From Polyangiales bacterium (GTDB lineage Bacteria > Myxococcota_A > Polyangia > Polyangiales > Polyangiaceae), in NCBI GenBank assembly GCA_038230375.1, contig JBBRNJ010000010.1, forward strand, positions 32,001 through 96,000: DNA of 64,000 bases. Direction: 5' to 3'. Below the pieces are notes generated by a model that ran no database searches, was not told the origin of the DNA, and saw only the letters and a list, made by a program, of their open reading frames with translations. Positions 9,558 to 17,557 of this stretch are shown here, one piece after another. Position 1 is the stretch's first letter. Every line of letters starts with the position of its first letter. The position numbers and the translations under genes are program-made.

Positions 9558-10924
9558 CCACCCATGTCCTCATCGTCGACGACGACCAGGCGCTGTGCGA
9601 GACCCTCGAGGTGGGCCTCAGGAAGCGAGGCATCCATGCGACGTGGAGGACCTCTGCGACCGACGCGCTCGCCCTGATCCAGGAAGGTGACTTTGACGCT
9701 GTCGTCACGGACCTCAACATGCGCGAGATGAACGGCATCGAGCTCTGCGAGCGCGTCGACCAGAATCGGCCTGATCTACCGGTGATCGTGCTCACCGCGT
9801 TCGGCAGCCTCGACTCCGCGGTCGCCGCGATCCGCGCGGGCGCCTACGACTTCATCGGCAAGCCTGTCGAGATGGACGCCCTCGCGATCGCCATCGACCG
9901 CGCCGCGAGCCACCGCAGGCTGCGCGAAGAGGTGAGGCGCCTCAGGCGGGAGGTCCCACAGCGGCCCTCGCACGACGATCTGCTGGGCGACAGCGCCGCG
10001 ATGCGTCGGGTGCACGAGCTGCTCTCCCGGCTGTCGGAGTCGGAGGCGACCGTGCTCGTGGTCGGCGAGAGCGGGACTGGTAAGGAGGTGGTGGCGCGCG
10101 CCATCCACAAGCACAGCAAGCGCACGAACGGGCCGTTCGTGGCAATCAACTGCGCCGCGGTCCCGGAGCAGCTGCTCGAGAGTGAGCTGTTCGGCCACGC
10201 GAGGGGCGCATTCACGGACGCGAAGGAGTCGCATCCAGGCCTGTTCGTGCAGGCGAAGGGCGGCACGCTCTTCCTCGACGAGATCGGCGACATGCCGCTC
10301 GGCCTCCAGCCGAAGCTCTTGCGGGCCCTTCAGGAGCGCGTCGTTCGCCCGCTCGGCGGCAAGGCGGAGATCCCGGTGGACGTACGTATCGTGGCCGCCA
10401 CGAACCGAGACCTGGAGTCCGCGATCGAGGAGAAGCGCTTCCGCGAGGACCTCTTCTATCGCATCAACGTGGTGCAGATCCCGCTGCCACCGCTGCGTGC
10501 GCGGGGCGGCGACATCCTGCCGCTCGCACAGGAATTCATCCGGCGCTACGCCGCCGAGGCGCACAAGGACGTCACCGGCTTCTCGAAGGAGGTGGCGGAG
10601 AAGCTGACCGCCTACGCGTGGCCCGGCAACGTGCGTGAGCTCCAGAACAGCATCGAGCGCGCGGTCGCGTTGACCCGACTCCAGGAGATCTGCGTCGACG
10701 ATCTGCCGGAGAAGATCCGCGACTATCGCTTCTCGCACGTGGTGGTCGCCGGCAACGACCCCGCGGAGCTGGTCCCGCTCGAGGAGGTCGAGCGTCGCTA
10801 CATCTTGCGTGTGCTCGAGGCGGTCGCCGGGAACAAGACCGCTGCGGCCCGCGTGCTCGGACTGGAGCGAAAGACGCTGTATCGGAAGCTGGAGCGATAC
10901 GGCTCGGTCCCCAGCACGAAGTGA
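9554..10924 (+). CDS. sigma54-dependent NtrC-family response regulator (REC-AAA+-Fis HTH)
   Basis: IVDDD, DLNM, GESGTGKE, ESELFGH..GAFTDA, LFLDEIG, WPGNVREL, NKTAAARVLGLERKTLYRKL; GTGA overlap with the kinase. Confidence 0.96.
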   Translation: MTTHVLIVDDDQALCETLEVGLRKRGIHATWRTSATDALALIQEGDFDAVVTDLNMREMNGIELCERVDQNRPDLPVIVLTAFGSLDSAVAAIRAGAYDFIGKPVEMDALAIAIDRAASHRRLREEVRRLRREVPQRPSHDDLLGDSAAMRRVHELLSRLSESEATVLVVGESGTGKEVVARAIHKHSKRTNGPFVAINCAAVPEQLLESELFGHARGAFTDAKESHPGLFVQAKGGTLFLDEIGDMPLGLQPKLLRALQERVVRPLGGKAEIPVDVRIVAATNRDLESAIEEKRFREDLFYRINVVQIPLPPLRARGGDILPLAQEFIRRYAAEAHKDVTGFSKEVAEKLTAYAWPGNVRELQNSIERAVALTRLQEICVDDLPEKIRDYRFSHVVVAGNDPAELVPLEEVERRYILRVLEAVAGNKTAAARVLGLERKTLYRKLERYGSVPSTK

Positions 10925-10925
10925 G

Positions 10926-10962
10926 CGTTTCCTTCGGACTCGCCGCGACAAAATGACTCGCC
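10926..10962 (+). promoter_or_regulatory. Putative enhancer (UAS), motif A copy 1
   Basis: CGTTTCCTTCGGACTCGCCGCGACAAAATGACTCGCC; 33/37 identical to 15336-15372. Confidence 0.7.
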
Positions 10963-11012
10963 TGGGACGAGCGCGACGATGAACACGCGGCGGTAGGACG
11001 TGCCTCCTTCGT

Positions 11013-11028
11013 GGGCACGCGCATTGCT
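11013..11028 (+). promoter_or_regulatory. sigma54 -24/-12 promoter
   Basis: GGGCAC-GCGCA-TTGCT. Confidence 0.75.
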
Positions 11029-11054
11029 GCTCCGTGCCTGTGCTCTGGAGCTGG

Positions 11055-11570
11055 GTGATCGATGTGTTGCGTCCACCGGTGAGCGTGCCGCCCGTGGTTG
11101 CACACGTGAAGAACGCAGGCCTGGCCGCGATGGTGGTGGATATCCAGGCCATCTCGCTGCCCTCCGGTCGGCGACGCAGCTTCAGGGCGTTCGTGCTGGG
11201 CGGGCGCTGCATCCTCCCGTGGCTGTCAGATTCGCGTCGCATGACATGGCTGCTTCGTGACACGCTGAACCGGGAGGCGCGCGTCGAGGCCACGCCGGAG
11301 CTGGCGCTCGCCGGGGAGCCCGTGGAGCTGGTGCTCGAGCCATGCACGAAGGATGGCGAAGGCGCCGCCACCCAGATGCGCAGCTTCCGCCGAGGCGAAG
11401 ATCGCTGGCACATCGAGCGCATCGGCCCGGTGGTCAAGGTGTGGGCGTCCGTCGACGCGGGTCCGCCGATAGAGACGCTTCGCTTCTTCCTGGACGACCA
11501 TGACGCCGAGACGGCGATGACCTTGCGCGTCGCCGAGCACCTCGCCGCGGGCTTCCACGAGGCCGAGTGA
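11055..11570 (+). CDS. Hypothetical protein, C-terminus resembles a degenerate WGR domain
   Basis: GGAG SD + GTG just after the sigma54 promoter; C-terminal RWHIERIGPVVKVW...F.D..AETA...VAEHLAAGF.E. Confidence 0.65.
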   Translation: MIDVLRPPVSVPPVVAHVKNAGLAAMVVDIQAISLPSGRRRSFRAFVLGGRCILPWLSDSRRMTWLLRDTLNREARVEATPELALAGEPVELVLEPCTKDGEGAATQMRSFRRGEDRWHIERIGPVVKVWASVDAGPPIETLRFFLDDHDAETAMTLRVAEHLAAGFHEAE

Positions 11571-12062
11571 CCGAAGGGCGACGTGTAGACCTGTCGCGCG
11601 GCGCTGAGCATGCTGGCCTCGATCTCTTGCCGTGGGTCGGCGTAGACGACGTCACTGGCCCGGGCCTGGTTGACCGCGGCGTTCACCACGGTCGTCTGAC
11701 CGACGGCGGCGGCGACATCGACAGCGGCGAAGTGCCAGTTCATGAAGACGTCGCAGAACTCACGCGCGACAAGCTGCCGTGAGAGTCCCTCCGTGTTGGT
11801 GACGTCGTAGTGCTGGAGCTCCGGGCCCACGGCGCACCGGAACCCGAAGTTGCGCTGGTTGACGGTCTGGCGAGGCACCAGGTCGTACTCGATGCCCGCG
11901 GAGCCGTTCGGGCGCATCCTGAAATTCGCCTGGGAGTTCTTCTCGGCCGAGAGCATGAGTCCGGCGCTCCATCGGCGAGGTGGTGGTGGTGCGTCAGCGG
12001 GCCCACGCCCAGAGCGCCTGCAGCGCGTCGTCGTCTTCGAGCGCTCTTCCGCGTTCCGTCAT
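11571..12062 (-). pseudogene. Remnant of a probable outer-membrane protein gene
   Basis: Protein-like segment AGIEYDLVPRQTVNQRNFGFRCAVGPELQHYDVTN... with no signal peptide and no stop of its own. The ATG next to the promoter (12062) gives only 22 aa. Confidence 0.45.
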
Positions 12063-12076
12063 GTGCCGTGCTGCTC

Positions 12077-12092
12077 AGCAATGGGAGTGCCA
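12077..12092 (-). promoter_or_regulatory. sigma54 -24/-12 promoter
   Basis: Consensus TGGCAC-TCCCA-TTGCT. Confidence 0.8.
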
Positions 12093-12130
12093 GCCTCCCC
12101 CGCTCGCTTCCCGTGGATTTTCGAGCTCGC

Positions 12131-12158
12131 CCTGCGATACACCGTGTCGAGATGACAC
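12131..12158. promoter_or_regulatory. Putative enhancer (UAS), motif B copy 1
   Basis: CCTGCGATACACCGTGTCGAGATGACAC; 24/28 identical to the reverse complement of 12753-12780; contains GTGTC-N5-GACAC. Confidence 0.65.
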
Positions 12159-12219
12159 ACCCACGTCAACGGCCACCACGCGTGCGGAGGCTCGTCGCGG
12201 GCGCGCTCCGAAGCTGGCT

Positions 12220-12681
12220 CTACGGGTCGGAGTCCCCAGCGTCCTCGACGTCGACCTGGGCATTTGCCACGAGCGGCGAATCGTCGTGGTGACGTAGGAG
12301 GCGGATGACAGCGGTTCGCAGGTCCTTCACGTCGAACGGCTTGCCGATCAGCGTGGCGCCCAGGTGCTCGGCCTTCACGCGCGTCAGCTGATCGGGGAAC
12401 GCGGTCATCAGGATCACGGGCGTCTGGCTCTCGCTCGCCCGCAGCGCGGCCAGCAGGTCCAGTCCGCTGAACCCAGGCATGCGCACGTCGCTCACGATGA
12501 GGTCCCATGGCTCACACTCGTCGTCGAACGACTCGGCGATGGAAGCAAGCAGAAGCGCTCCATCGCGTGCCTCGGCCACACGGTGCCCGTCTCTCCGAAG
12601 TGCCTCGGCGACGAGACGTCGCATCTCGTCATCATCATCCGCGACGATCAGCCGAGCCGCTGCGTTCGTTGAGGGTTCCAT
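12220..12681 (-). CDS. Single-domain response regulator
   Basis: LIVADDD, DLIVSDVRMPG, TPVILMTAFPD, KPFD; no output domain. Confidence 0.9.
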   Translation of the reverse strand: MEPSTNAAARLIVADDDDEMRRLVAEALRRDGHRVAEARDGALLLASIAESFDDECEPWDLIVSDVRMPGFSGLDLLAALRASESQTPVILMTAFPDQLTRVKAEHLGATLIGKPFDVKDLRTAVIRLLRHHDDSPLVANAQVDVEDAGDSDP

Positions 12682-12692
12682 GCATCCCTCCG

Positions 12693-12708
12693 AGCAAGCA
12701 ACGCGCCC
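12693..12708 (-). promoter_or_regulatory. sigma54 -24/-12 promoter
   Basis: GGGCGC-GTTGC-TTGCT, 11 nt before the ATG. Confidence 0.65.
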
Positions 12709-12752
12709 GCGCAGAAACCGCGAACCTGCACGCCCACGACGGGATCGCGCAC

Positions 12753-12780
12753 GTGTCGTGACGACACGGTGTGTCGCAGG
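12753..12780. promoter_or_regulatory. Putative enhancer (UAS), motif B copy 2
   Basis: GTGTCGTGACGACACGGTGTGTCGCAGG, 44-45 bp from each of two divergent sigma54 promoters. Confidence 0.65.
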
Positions 12781-12825
12781 CGCCCACTGCGGACCGCATC
12801 TGACCGCGTTTTTGTGGGGTCCATG

Positions 12826-12841
12826 TGGCACCGATGTTGCT
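12826..12841 (+). promoter_or_regulatory. sigma54 -24/-12 promoter
   Basis: Consensus TGGCAC-CGATG-TTGCT. Confidence 0.8.
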
Positions 12842-12862
12842 GGTGGGCATGCAGAGGCACCC

Positions 12863-13399
12863 ATGAAGAAAGAAATCGCTCTCGTTCTCTGCGCGGTCAC
12901 GATGAACGTCGTCGGCTGCGCGAATCCACCGCCTGCGAAGGTCGCGACCCCGGCGCCGCAGACAGAGACGACGAAGGCCGCCACGACCACCGCACCCGCG
13001 CCCAAATACGATGGCTCGGCCGTAGCGGTCGGCGGCGATCTCATGACCCTGTGCAAGGTGGCGATGGGAAGCACGGAGGCCGCGCCCAAGTTCGACTTCG
13101 ACAACAGCGCCCTGTTGCCGCAGGACCGTCAGGTGCTTGCGCAGATCGCAAGGTGTGTAACCACGGGTCCGTTGAAGGGGCGCGCGCTCAAGCTCGTCGG
13201 CCGCGCGGACGCCCGCGGTGAGACCGAGTACAACTTCGCGCTCGGCGAGCACCGCGCCGGGGCCGTGCAGGGCTACCTCATGCAGCTTGGCGTGGACAAG
13301 GCGAAGCTCGCGGAGACGTCGCGCGGAAAGCTCGATGCGACGGGCTCCGACGAGGCGGGCTTCGAGCGCGACCGTCGTGTAGACCTGCTCCTTCAGTGA
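12863..13399 (+). CDS. Pal/OmpA-family lipoprotein
   Basis: VVGC lipobox; FDFDNSAL, GRADARGETEYNFALGEHRA, SRGK, DRRVD. Confidence 0.9.
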   Translation: MKKEIALVLCAVTMNVVGCANPPPAKVATPAPQTETTKAATTTAPAPKYDGSAVAVGGDLMTLCKVAMGSTEAAPKFDFDNSALLPQDRQVLAQIARCVTTGPLKGRALKLVGRADARGETEYNFALGEHRAGAVQGYLMQLGVDKAKLAETSRGKLDATGSDEAGFERDRRVDLLLQ

Positions 13400-13430
13400 C
13401 CGCACAGGGTCGCTGCGTCTGGCCACGCCG

Positions 13431-15251
13431 TCAGGAGGGGATGTTCGCGCCGAGATACGCGTGCGCGATGGACACCTGGTCGACGAATCCCACGACCTGC
13501 TCTTCGTCGTCGAGAATGGGGAGCTCGCGCAGACCTTCTTCGCGCATCAGCTCGAGCGCGTAGCGGAGATCGTCCTCGGTTCGGAGGCCGAGCGGGGGTC
13601 GCATGATGTCCATCGCCATGACGACATCGTGAAGGGACGGCTCCGTGCGCAGGACGGCCAGGTCCTCCGCGGTGATGAGGCCGACGAGCTTCTTGGTCTC
13701 GTCCGTGACGGGAAAGACCTGCGCGGGATGTGCGATCGCGGCCTTTGTCATCTCGAGCGCGCGCGTCGTGCGCAGGAAGCTCGTGAAAGGTCGGTCGCGC
13801 ACGAGCTTGTCGAGCTTCATCTCTTCGAGCGCGTCGAGAATACCCTGCGAGCGGAGGTGAATGCCGTCCTGGGAGAGGAGCGCCTCGTAGAGCGGCACCG
13901 TGCGGAAGTGCCTGGCGATCACGAATGCGCTCATGTTTGCGATCATGAGCGGCAAGATGAGACCGTACCCCGACGTCATCTCGATGATGATGAGGACGCT
14001 CGTGATCGGCGCGCGGATCGTCGCGCTGAAGACAGCCCCCATGCCAACGAGCGCGAACGCGGAGACCATGTCGCCCGAGTGGTGGAACAGCACGCGATCG
14101 AGGGTGCCGACCGCGCCGCCGAGCATGGCGCCGATGAACAGGGCGGGCGCGAACAGACCACCCGCGCCGCCGCTCGAGTAGGAAGCGACCGTGGCGACAA
14201 CCTTCGCCGCGCAGAGGACGAGCATGATCTTCACGCTGAGATGATTCGCGAGCGCCTCGGAGAGCGCGTGGTAGCCGCCGCCCGTGACGCCGTCCGTGCG
14301 GAGCCAGAGCATGACCACGACCGCGAGAGCGCCCGTGAGCGCGCCGCCTGTCGCGGGCTGAGCCCACACGGGGATCGTCTTCTGCTTGCGAAAGAACACC
14401 CGAACCTTGAGCAGGCCGTCCGTGAACGCGATCGATGTGAAGGCCGCGGCGAGCCCGAGGGCGGCGTAGAGGAGCAACGAACGGGCGTCCGTGAGGCCCT
14501 GGGTCTGGGTGGTGCCCAGGATCGGGTGCTCACCAAGTATGCTGCGCTCGAGCACGGCGGCAAGCGCGGCCGCGACGATGACGCCGGAGAGGAGGGTCTG
14601 ATCGAGCTTGCCGACGACCTCTTCGATGGTGAAGGTGACCGCCGCGATGGGCGCGTTGAAGGCGGCGGCGATGCCTGCTGCTGCGCCAACGGGGATGAGC
14701 TTGCGGCGCCCCTGGGGCGACACGCGTGCGATGCGTCCCATCGTGCTCGCGATGCCCGCGCAGATCTGCACGGTGGGTCCTTCGCGACCGAGCGATGCAC
14801 CGGAGCCGATCTGGATCGTGCCGAGGACGAACTTGGCGACCGCGTCCCGCAGCGGGATGGAGCCGCCGCGCGTCGAGTATGCGACCTTCACCTGCGGGAT
14901 GCCGCTGCCGCGTGCGCTGGGCACGACGTAGCGAAGGAGTACGCCCGCGACGAGGCCGCCGAGGGTCGGCGAGATGATGGTCCAGATCATCCAGGAGTTG
15001 CCGTCGGCGTTCATCGCGCGCTGGACGAACTGCTTCTCCGCGAAGCCGATCGCCAGATGGAACGCCACCGCCGCAAGACCGCAGACCGCGCCGATGATGA
15101 GCGTGAGCGCAAAGAGGCGCTGCTGCTCTGTGGGGACCAGGCGAAACTCGACCTCGAGCAGCTTGCGGCGGAGCGCGCGGAAGCGTCCACGCAGACCCGC
15201 GACGGCAGCTCGGCTCGAACGGACCCCCTGACGGTCCCCTGATGCACCCAT
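13431..15251 (-). CDS. CLC chloride channel/antiporter with CBS domains
   Basis: GSGIPQVK, GASLGREGPTVQ, AAFNAPIA, GGLFAP, LYEALL; C-terminal CBS pair. Start uncertain. Confidence 0.93.
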   Translation of the reverse strand: MGASGDRQGVRSSRAAVAGLRGRFRALRRKLLEVEFRLVPTEQQRLFALTLIIGAVCGLAAVAFHLAIGFAEKQFVQRAMNADGNSWMIWTIISPTLGGLVAGVLLRYVVPSARGSGIPQVKVAYSTRGGSIPLRDAVAKFVLGTIQIGSGASLGREGPTVQICAGIASTMGRIARVSPQGRRKLIPVGAAAGIAAAFNAPIAAVTFTIEEVVGKLDQTLLSGVIVAAALAAVLERSILGEHPILGTTQTQGLTDARSLLLYAALGLAAAFTSIAFTDGLLKVRVFFRKQKTIPVWAQPATGGALTGALAVVVMLWLRTDGVTGGGYHALSEALANHLSVKIMLVLCAAKVVATVASYSSGGAGGLFAPALFIGAMLGGAVGTLDRVLFHHSGDMVSAFALVGMGAVFSATIRAPITSVLIIIEMTSGYGLILPLMIANMSAFVIARHFRTVPLYEALLSQDGIHLRSQGILDALEEMKLDKLVRDRPFTSFLRTTRALEMTKAAIAHPAQVFPVTDETKKLVGLITAEDLAVLRTEPSLHDVVMAMDIMRPPLGLRTEDDLRYALELMREEGLRELPILDDEEQVVGFVDQVSIAHAYLGANIPS

Positions 15252-15266
15252 ATGCGGCGGCGTTCG

Positions 15267-15282
15267 AGCATGAGCCGTGCCG
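15267..15282 (-). promoter_or_regulatory. sigma54 -24/-12 promoter of the CLC gene
   Basis: CGGCAC-GGCTC-ATGCT. Confidence 0.65.
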
Positions 15283-15335
15283 TCGGTGCTACGGCTGAAT
15301 TGCCGCGCTCCTGGGGATTTTCCGAGTGAATGGCT

Positions 15336-15372
15336 CGTTTCGTTCGGACTCGGCGGGGCAAAATGACTCGCC
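15336..15372 (+). promoter_or_regulatory. Putative enhancer (UAS), motif A copy 2
   Basis: CGTTTCGTTCGGACTCGGCGGGGCAAAATGACTCGCC, about 53 bp from each of two divergent sigma54 promoters. Confidence 0.7.
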
Positions 15373-15425
15373 CTGTCGCGTCGGGATGTGCCCAAAAAGA
15401 ACATGTATCTTGCGCCGTTCGAGGC

Positions 15426-15441
15426 GGGCACGACGATTGCT
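15426..15441 (+). promoter_or_regulatory. sigma54 -24/-12 promoter
   Basis: GGGCAC-GACGA-TTGCT, 12 nt before the ATG. Confidence 0.75.
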
Positions 15442-15453
15442 GCGTCCAGTCGT

Positions 15454-15900
15454 ATGAGTCACCCGCCCGGCGAAGCCAATCACGCTCGTCCTGTCCTCCG
15501 CGTCGTGCGGCGCCCGATGCGAATCGTGGTGGCCGAGGACGACCTCGAAATGCGCAGCATGCTCGTGCAGAGCCTGCGTCATGACGGCTACGACGTGGTG
15601 GAGGCCGAGGACGGTGAAGACCTACTCTCGTACCTGCTGCTCGACCAGGGGGCGGGAACGCAGACGCTGGATCTCATCGTGTCGGACGTGCGCATGCCGG
15701 GCGTGACGGGCATCGACATGCTGGAGACGCTGCGGGCAACGGACGACACGACGCCGGTGATCCTGATGACGGCGTTTCCGGACGACATCACGCGGGCGCG
15801 GGCGGAGAAGCTCGGCGCGATGTTGTTCGACAAGCCTTTCGACGTCGACGAGCTGCGTCTGGCAGTCGCGGCGCTCTTGCGAAGGACGGCGGAGAGCTGA
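15454..15900 (+). CDS. Single-domain response regulator (paralog of 12220-12681)
   Basis: IVVAEDD, DLIVSDVRMPG, TPVILMTAFPD, KPFD. Confidence 0.9.
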   Translation: MSHPPGEANHARPVLRVVRRPMRIVVAEDDLEMRSMLVQSLRHDGYDVVEAEDGEDLLSYLLLDQGAGTQTLDLIVSDVRMPGVTGIDMLETLRATDDTTPVILMTAFPDDITRARAEKLGAMLFDKPFDVDELRLAVAALLRRTAES

Positions 15901-15942
15901 AGGCGCGGGCCGGAGGCCGGCCATCAACGCGATCACAGCCCG

Positions 15943-17376
15943 TCATTTCCCCTTCTTGCCTCGCGTGTGATCGGGCGTGGGCGCCACCAGAGCGCGGAGC
16001 TCGTCTCGTGTGGGTGCCACGTCCACCTTGAAGAGCACGCCCATCACGAGCTTCCACGCGGCGTCGAGCTGCGTGCGCCATTCGGGGTTCAGGCCGTCGT
16101 CGGCGCTCACGAACACGCGCACGCCGGAGTTTCGCTCGATGGAGATGTCGCGATCCTCCCAGCGATACCACCGGCCCCAGCTGTCCAGGCCGTTCGGCAG
16201 CTGGTCGCCGATCGTCTTGCGCGCCGGATCGTTCGCCTCCACCCACTTGCCCGGCTGCATGGCGATCGAGAAGCCGTTCGGGTGATCGGGGTGCTTCGAG
16301 TCCCAGAACACCTCGACACGACCCCAGAAGTCCGAGCGCGTATCGATGCACACGGTCCCGTTGCATGGGCGGCCGGGTCGGAACCACCCGTTGTCGCCGA
16401 AGTCGCTGATGGTGTGAAGAGAGCGGCTCGTGCGCGGCGCCTGGAAGCGGCTTGCGAGCTCCTGCGGAGTGACGCTGAGCGATGTGCCCGCCACGGCGAC
16501 GAGCTCCGCGCCAGTGAGCGGCACCGGCGGCGGGGGCTTGCTCATCATGTTCCGCACCGCGTAGCCCAGGCCGCCGATCGCGCCGAGAACGACGAAGAAC
16601 ATGAGGCATCCGCGGAGCGTCTTCTTGCCCTCCACCTGCTCGCGCGCCTGCGTCTCGACCTTTGCTTCGGCCTCGCTCGCCGCGAGGGCCGCGGCGTGCG
16701 ACTGGCCCACGAATCGCACGAACCACGGCGACATGGTCTTCACGGGGTGCAGGCGGCGCCAGAGCTCGTCTGGTAGGTAGACGTCGGTCTTGCAGAACTC
16801 GCACGGGATGGTGCGCTCGCTCTCCTTGGTCACGTGCAGAGGCGCGCCGCACTGCGTGCACGGGAGCGCGATGGGTCGCTCCGCATCCGCGTCGCTCTTC
16901 ACGGCGTCATCCTTGGCGTCCGCGCTCTTCGCGTCGGGTGCGGCGGTCGCGTCCGTCACGATCACGTAGCGCGCGGTGGACACCATCTCCGTGAGCCACG
17001 CGGGCGCCGGAAACCCGATCGCCTCCGCGCTGCACGACGCGCACGTGATCTTGGTGAGGGCATCAGACGGCGGCTCGGCGATGACGAGCGCTTTGCCGCA
17101 GGAGCCGCACTCTGGCGTCTTGCTCGTGCGGGTCGCGTGCGCCTCCACGCCGTCGATGTTGGCGTGTGCGCCGTCCGCGAACGGAGTGGTCTCGTCGGGA
17201 AGGTCGTCGAACCGCATCAGCAGCCGCACGAAGATGAGCGCGGGTACGTCGAAGTCCTTCGTGCATGCGTGGCAGTGCGCGCTCTTGGTCGGCGCATTCA
17301 GTGGAACGGGCAGGCCGCACGCCGGACAGTCGACGCGCAGCGTAAAGGCACCAGTGCGAGCTTCCATGATCGCCAT
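15943..17376 (-). CDS. Hypothetical membrane protein with multiple Zn-ribbon CxxC pairs
   Basis: CPAC/CHAC, CGSC/CASC, CTQC/CEFC; duplicated module; one TM (GCLMFFVVLGAIGGLGYAV). Confidence 0.8.
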   Translation of the reverse strand: MAIMEARTGAFTLRVDCPACGLPVPLNAPTKSAHCHACTKDFDVPALIFVRLLMRFDDLPDETTPFADGAHANIDGVEAHATRTSKTPECGSCGKALVIAEPPSDALTKITCASCSAEAIGFPAPAWLTEMVSTARYVIVTDATAAPDAKSADAKDDAVKSDADAERPIALPCTQCGAPLHVTKESERTIPCEFCKTDVYLPDELWRRLHPVKTMSPWFVRFVGQSHAAALAASEAEAKVETQAREQVEGKKTLRGCLMFFVVLGAIGGLGYAVRNMMSKPPPPVPLTGAELVAVAGTSLSVTPQELASRFQAPRTSRSLHTISDFGDNGWFRPGRPCNGTVCIDTRSDFWGRVEVFWDSKHPDHPNGFSIAMQPGKWVEANDPARKTIGDQLPNGLDSWGRWYRWEDRDISIERNSGVRVFVSADDGLNPEWRTQLDAAWKLVMGVLFKVDVAPTRDELRALVAPTPDHTRGKKGK

Positions 17377-17557
17377 CCCCAGCCCGCCTGGTTAGCACGC
17401 GAACGGATCCGCGCGTGAAAAACCAGGCGATTGCACGACCCGAAGCCGTCAATGCTGTCGGCTGAAAATGGGGCATACTGGAGCCATGCGGCATGCGGCA
17501 AAGGGCATGAGAGACGGCAACGTTCACTTCCGGTTCAACGTCTAGGCGAGCCGGCCT

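Noticed and set aside
10200..10222. GAFTDA as a sign of an inactive activator
   Set aside because: It is a common variant of GAFTGA, and all other AAA+ motifs are intact.
9776..11570. 726-aa minus-strand ORF (9776-11956) as one gene
   Set aside because: Most of it is antisense shadow of the NtrC gene and 11055-11570; only the first ~125 aa look protein-like.
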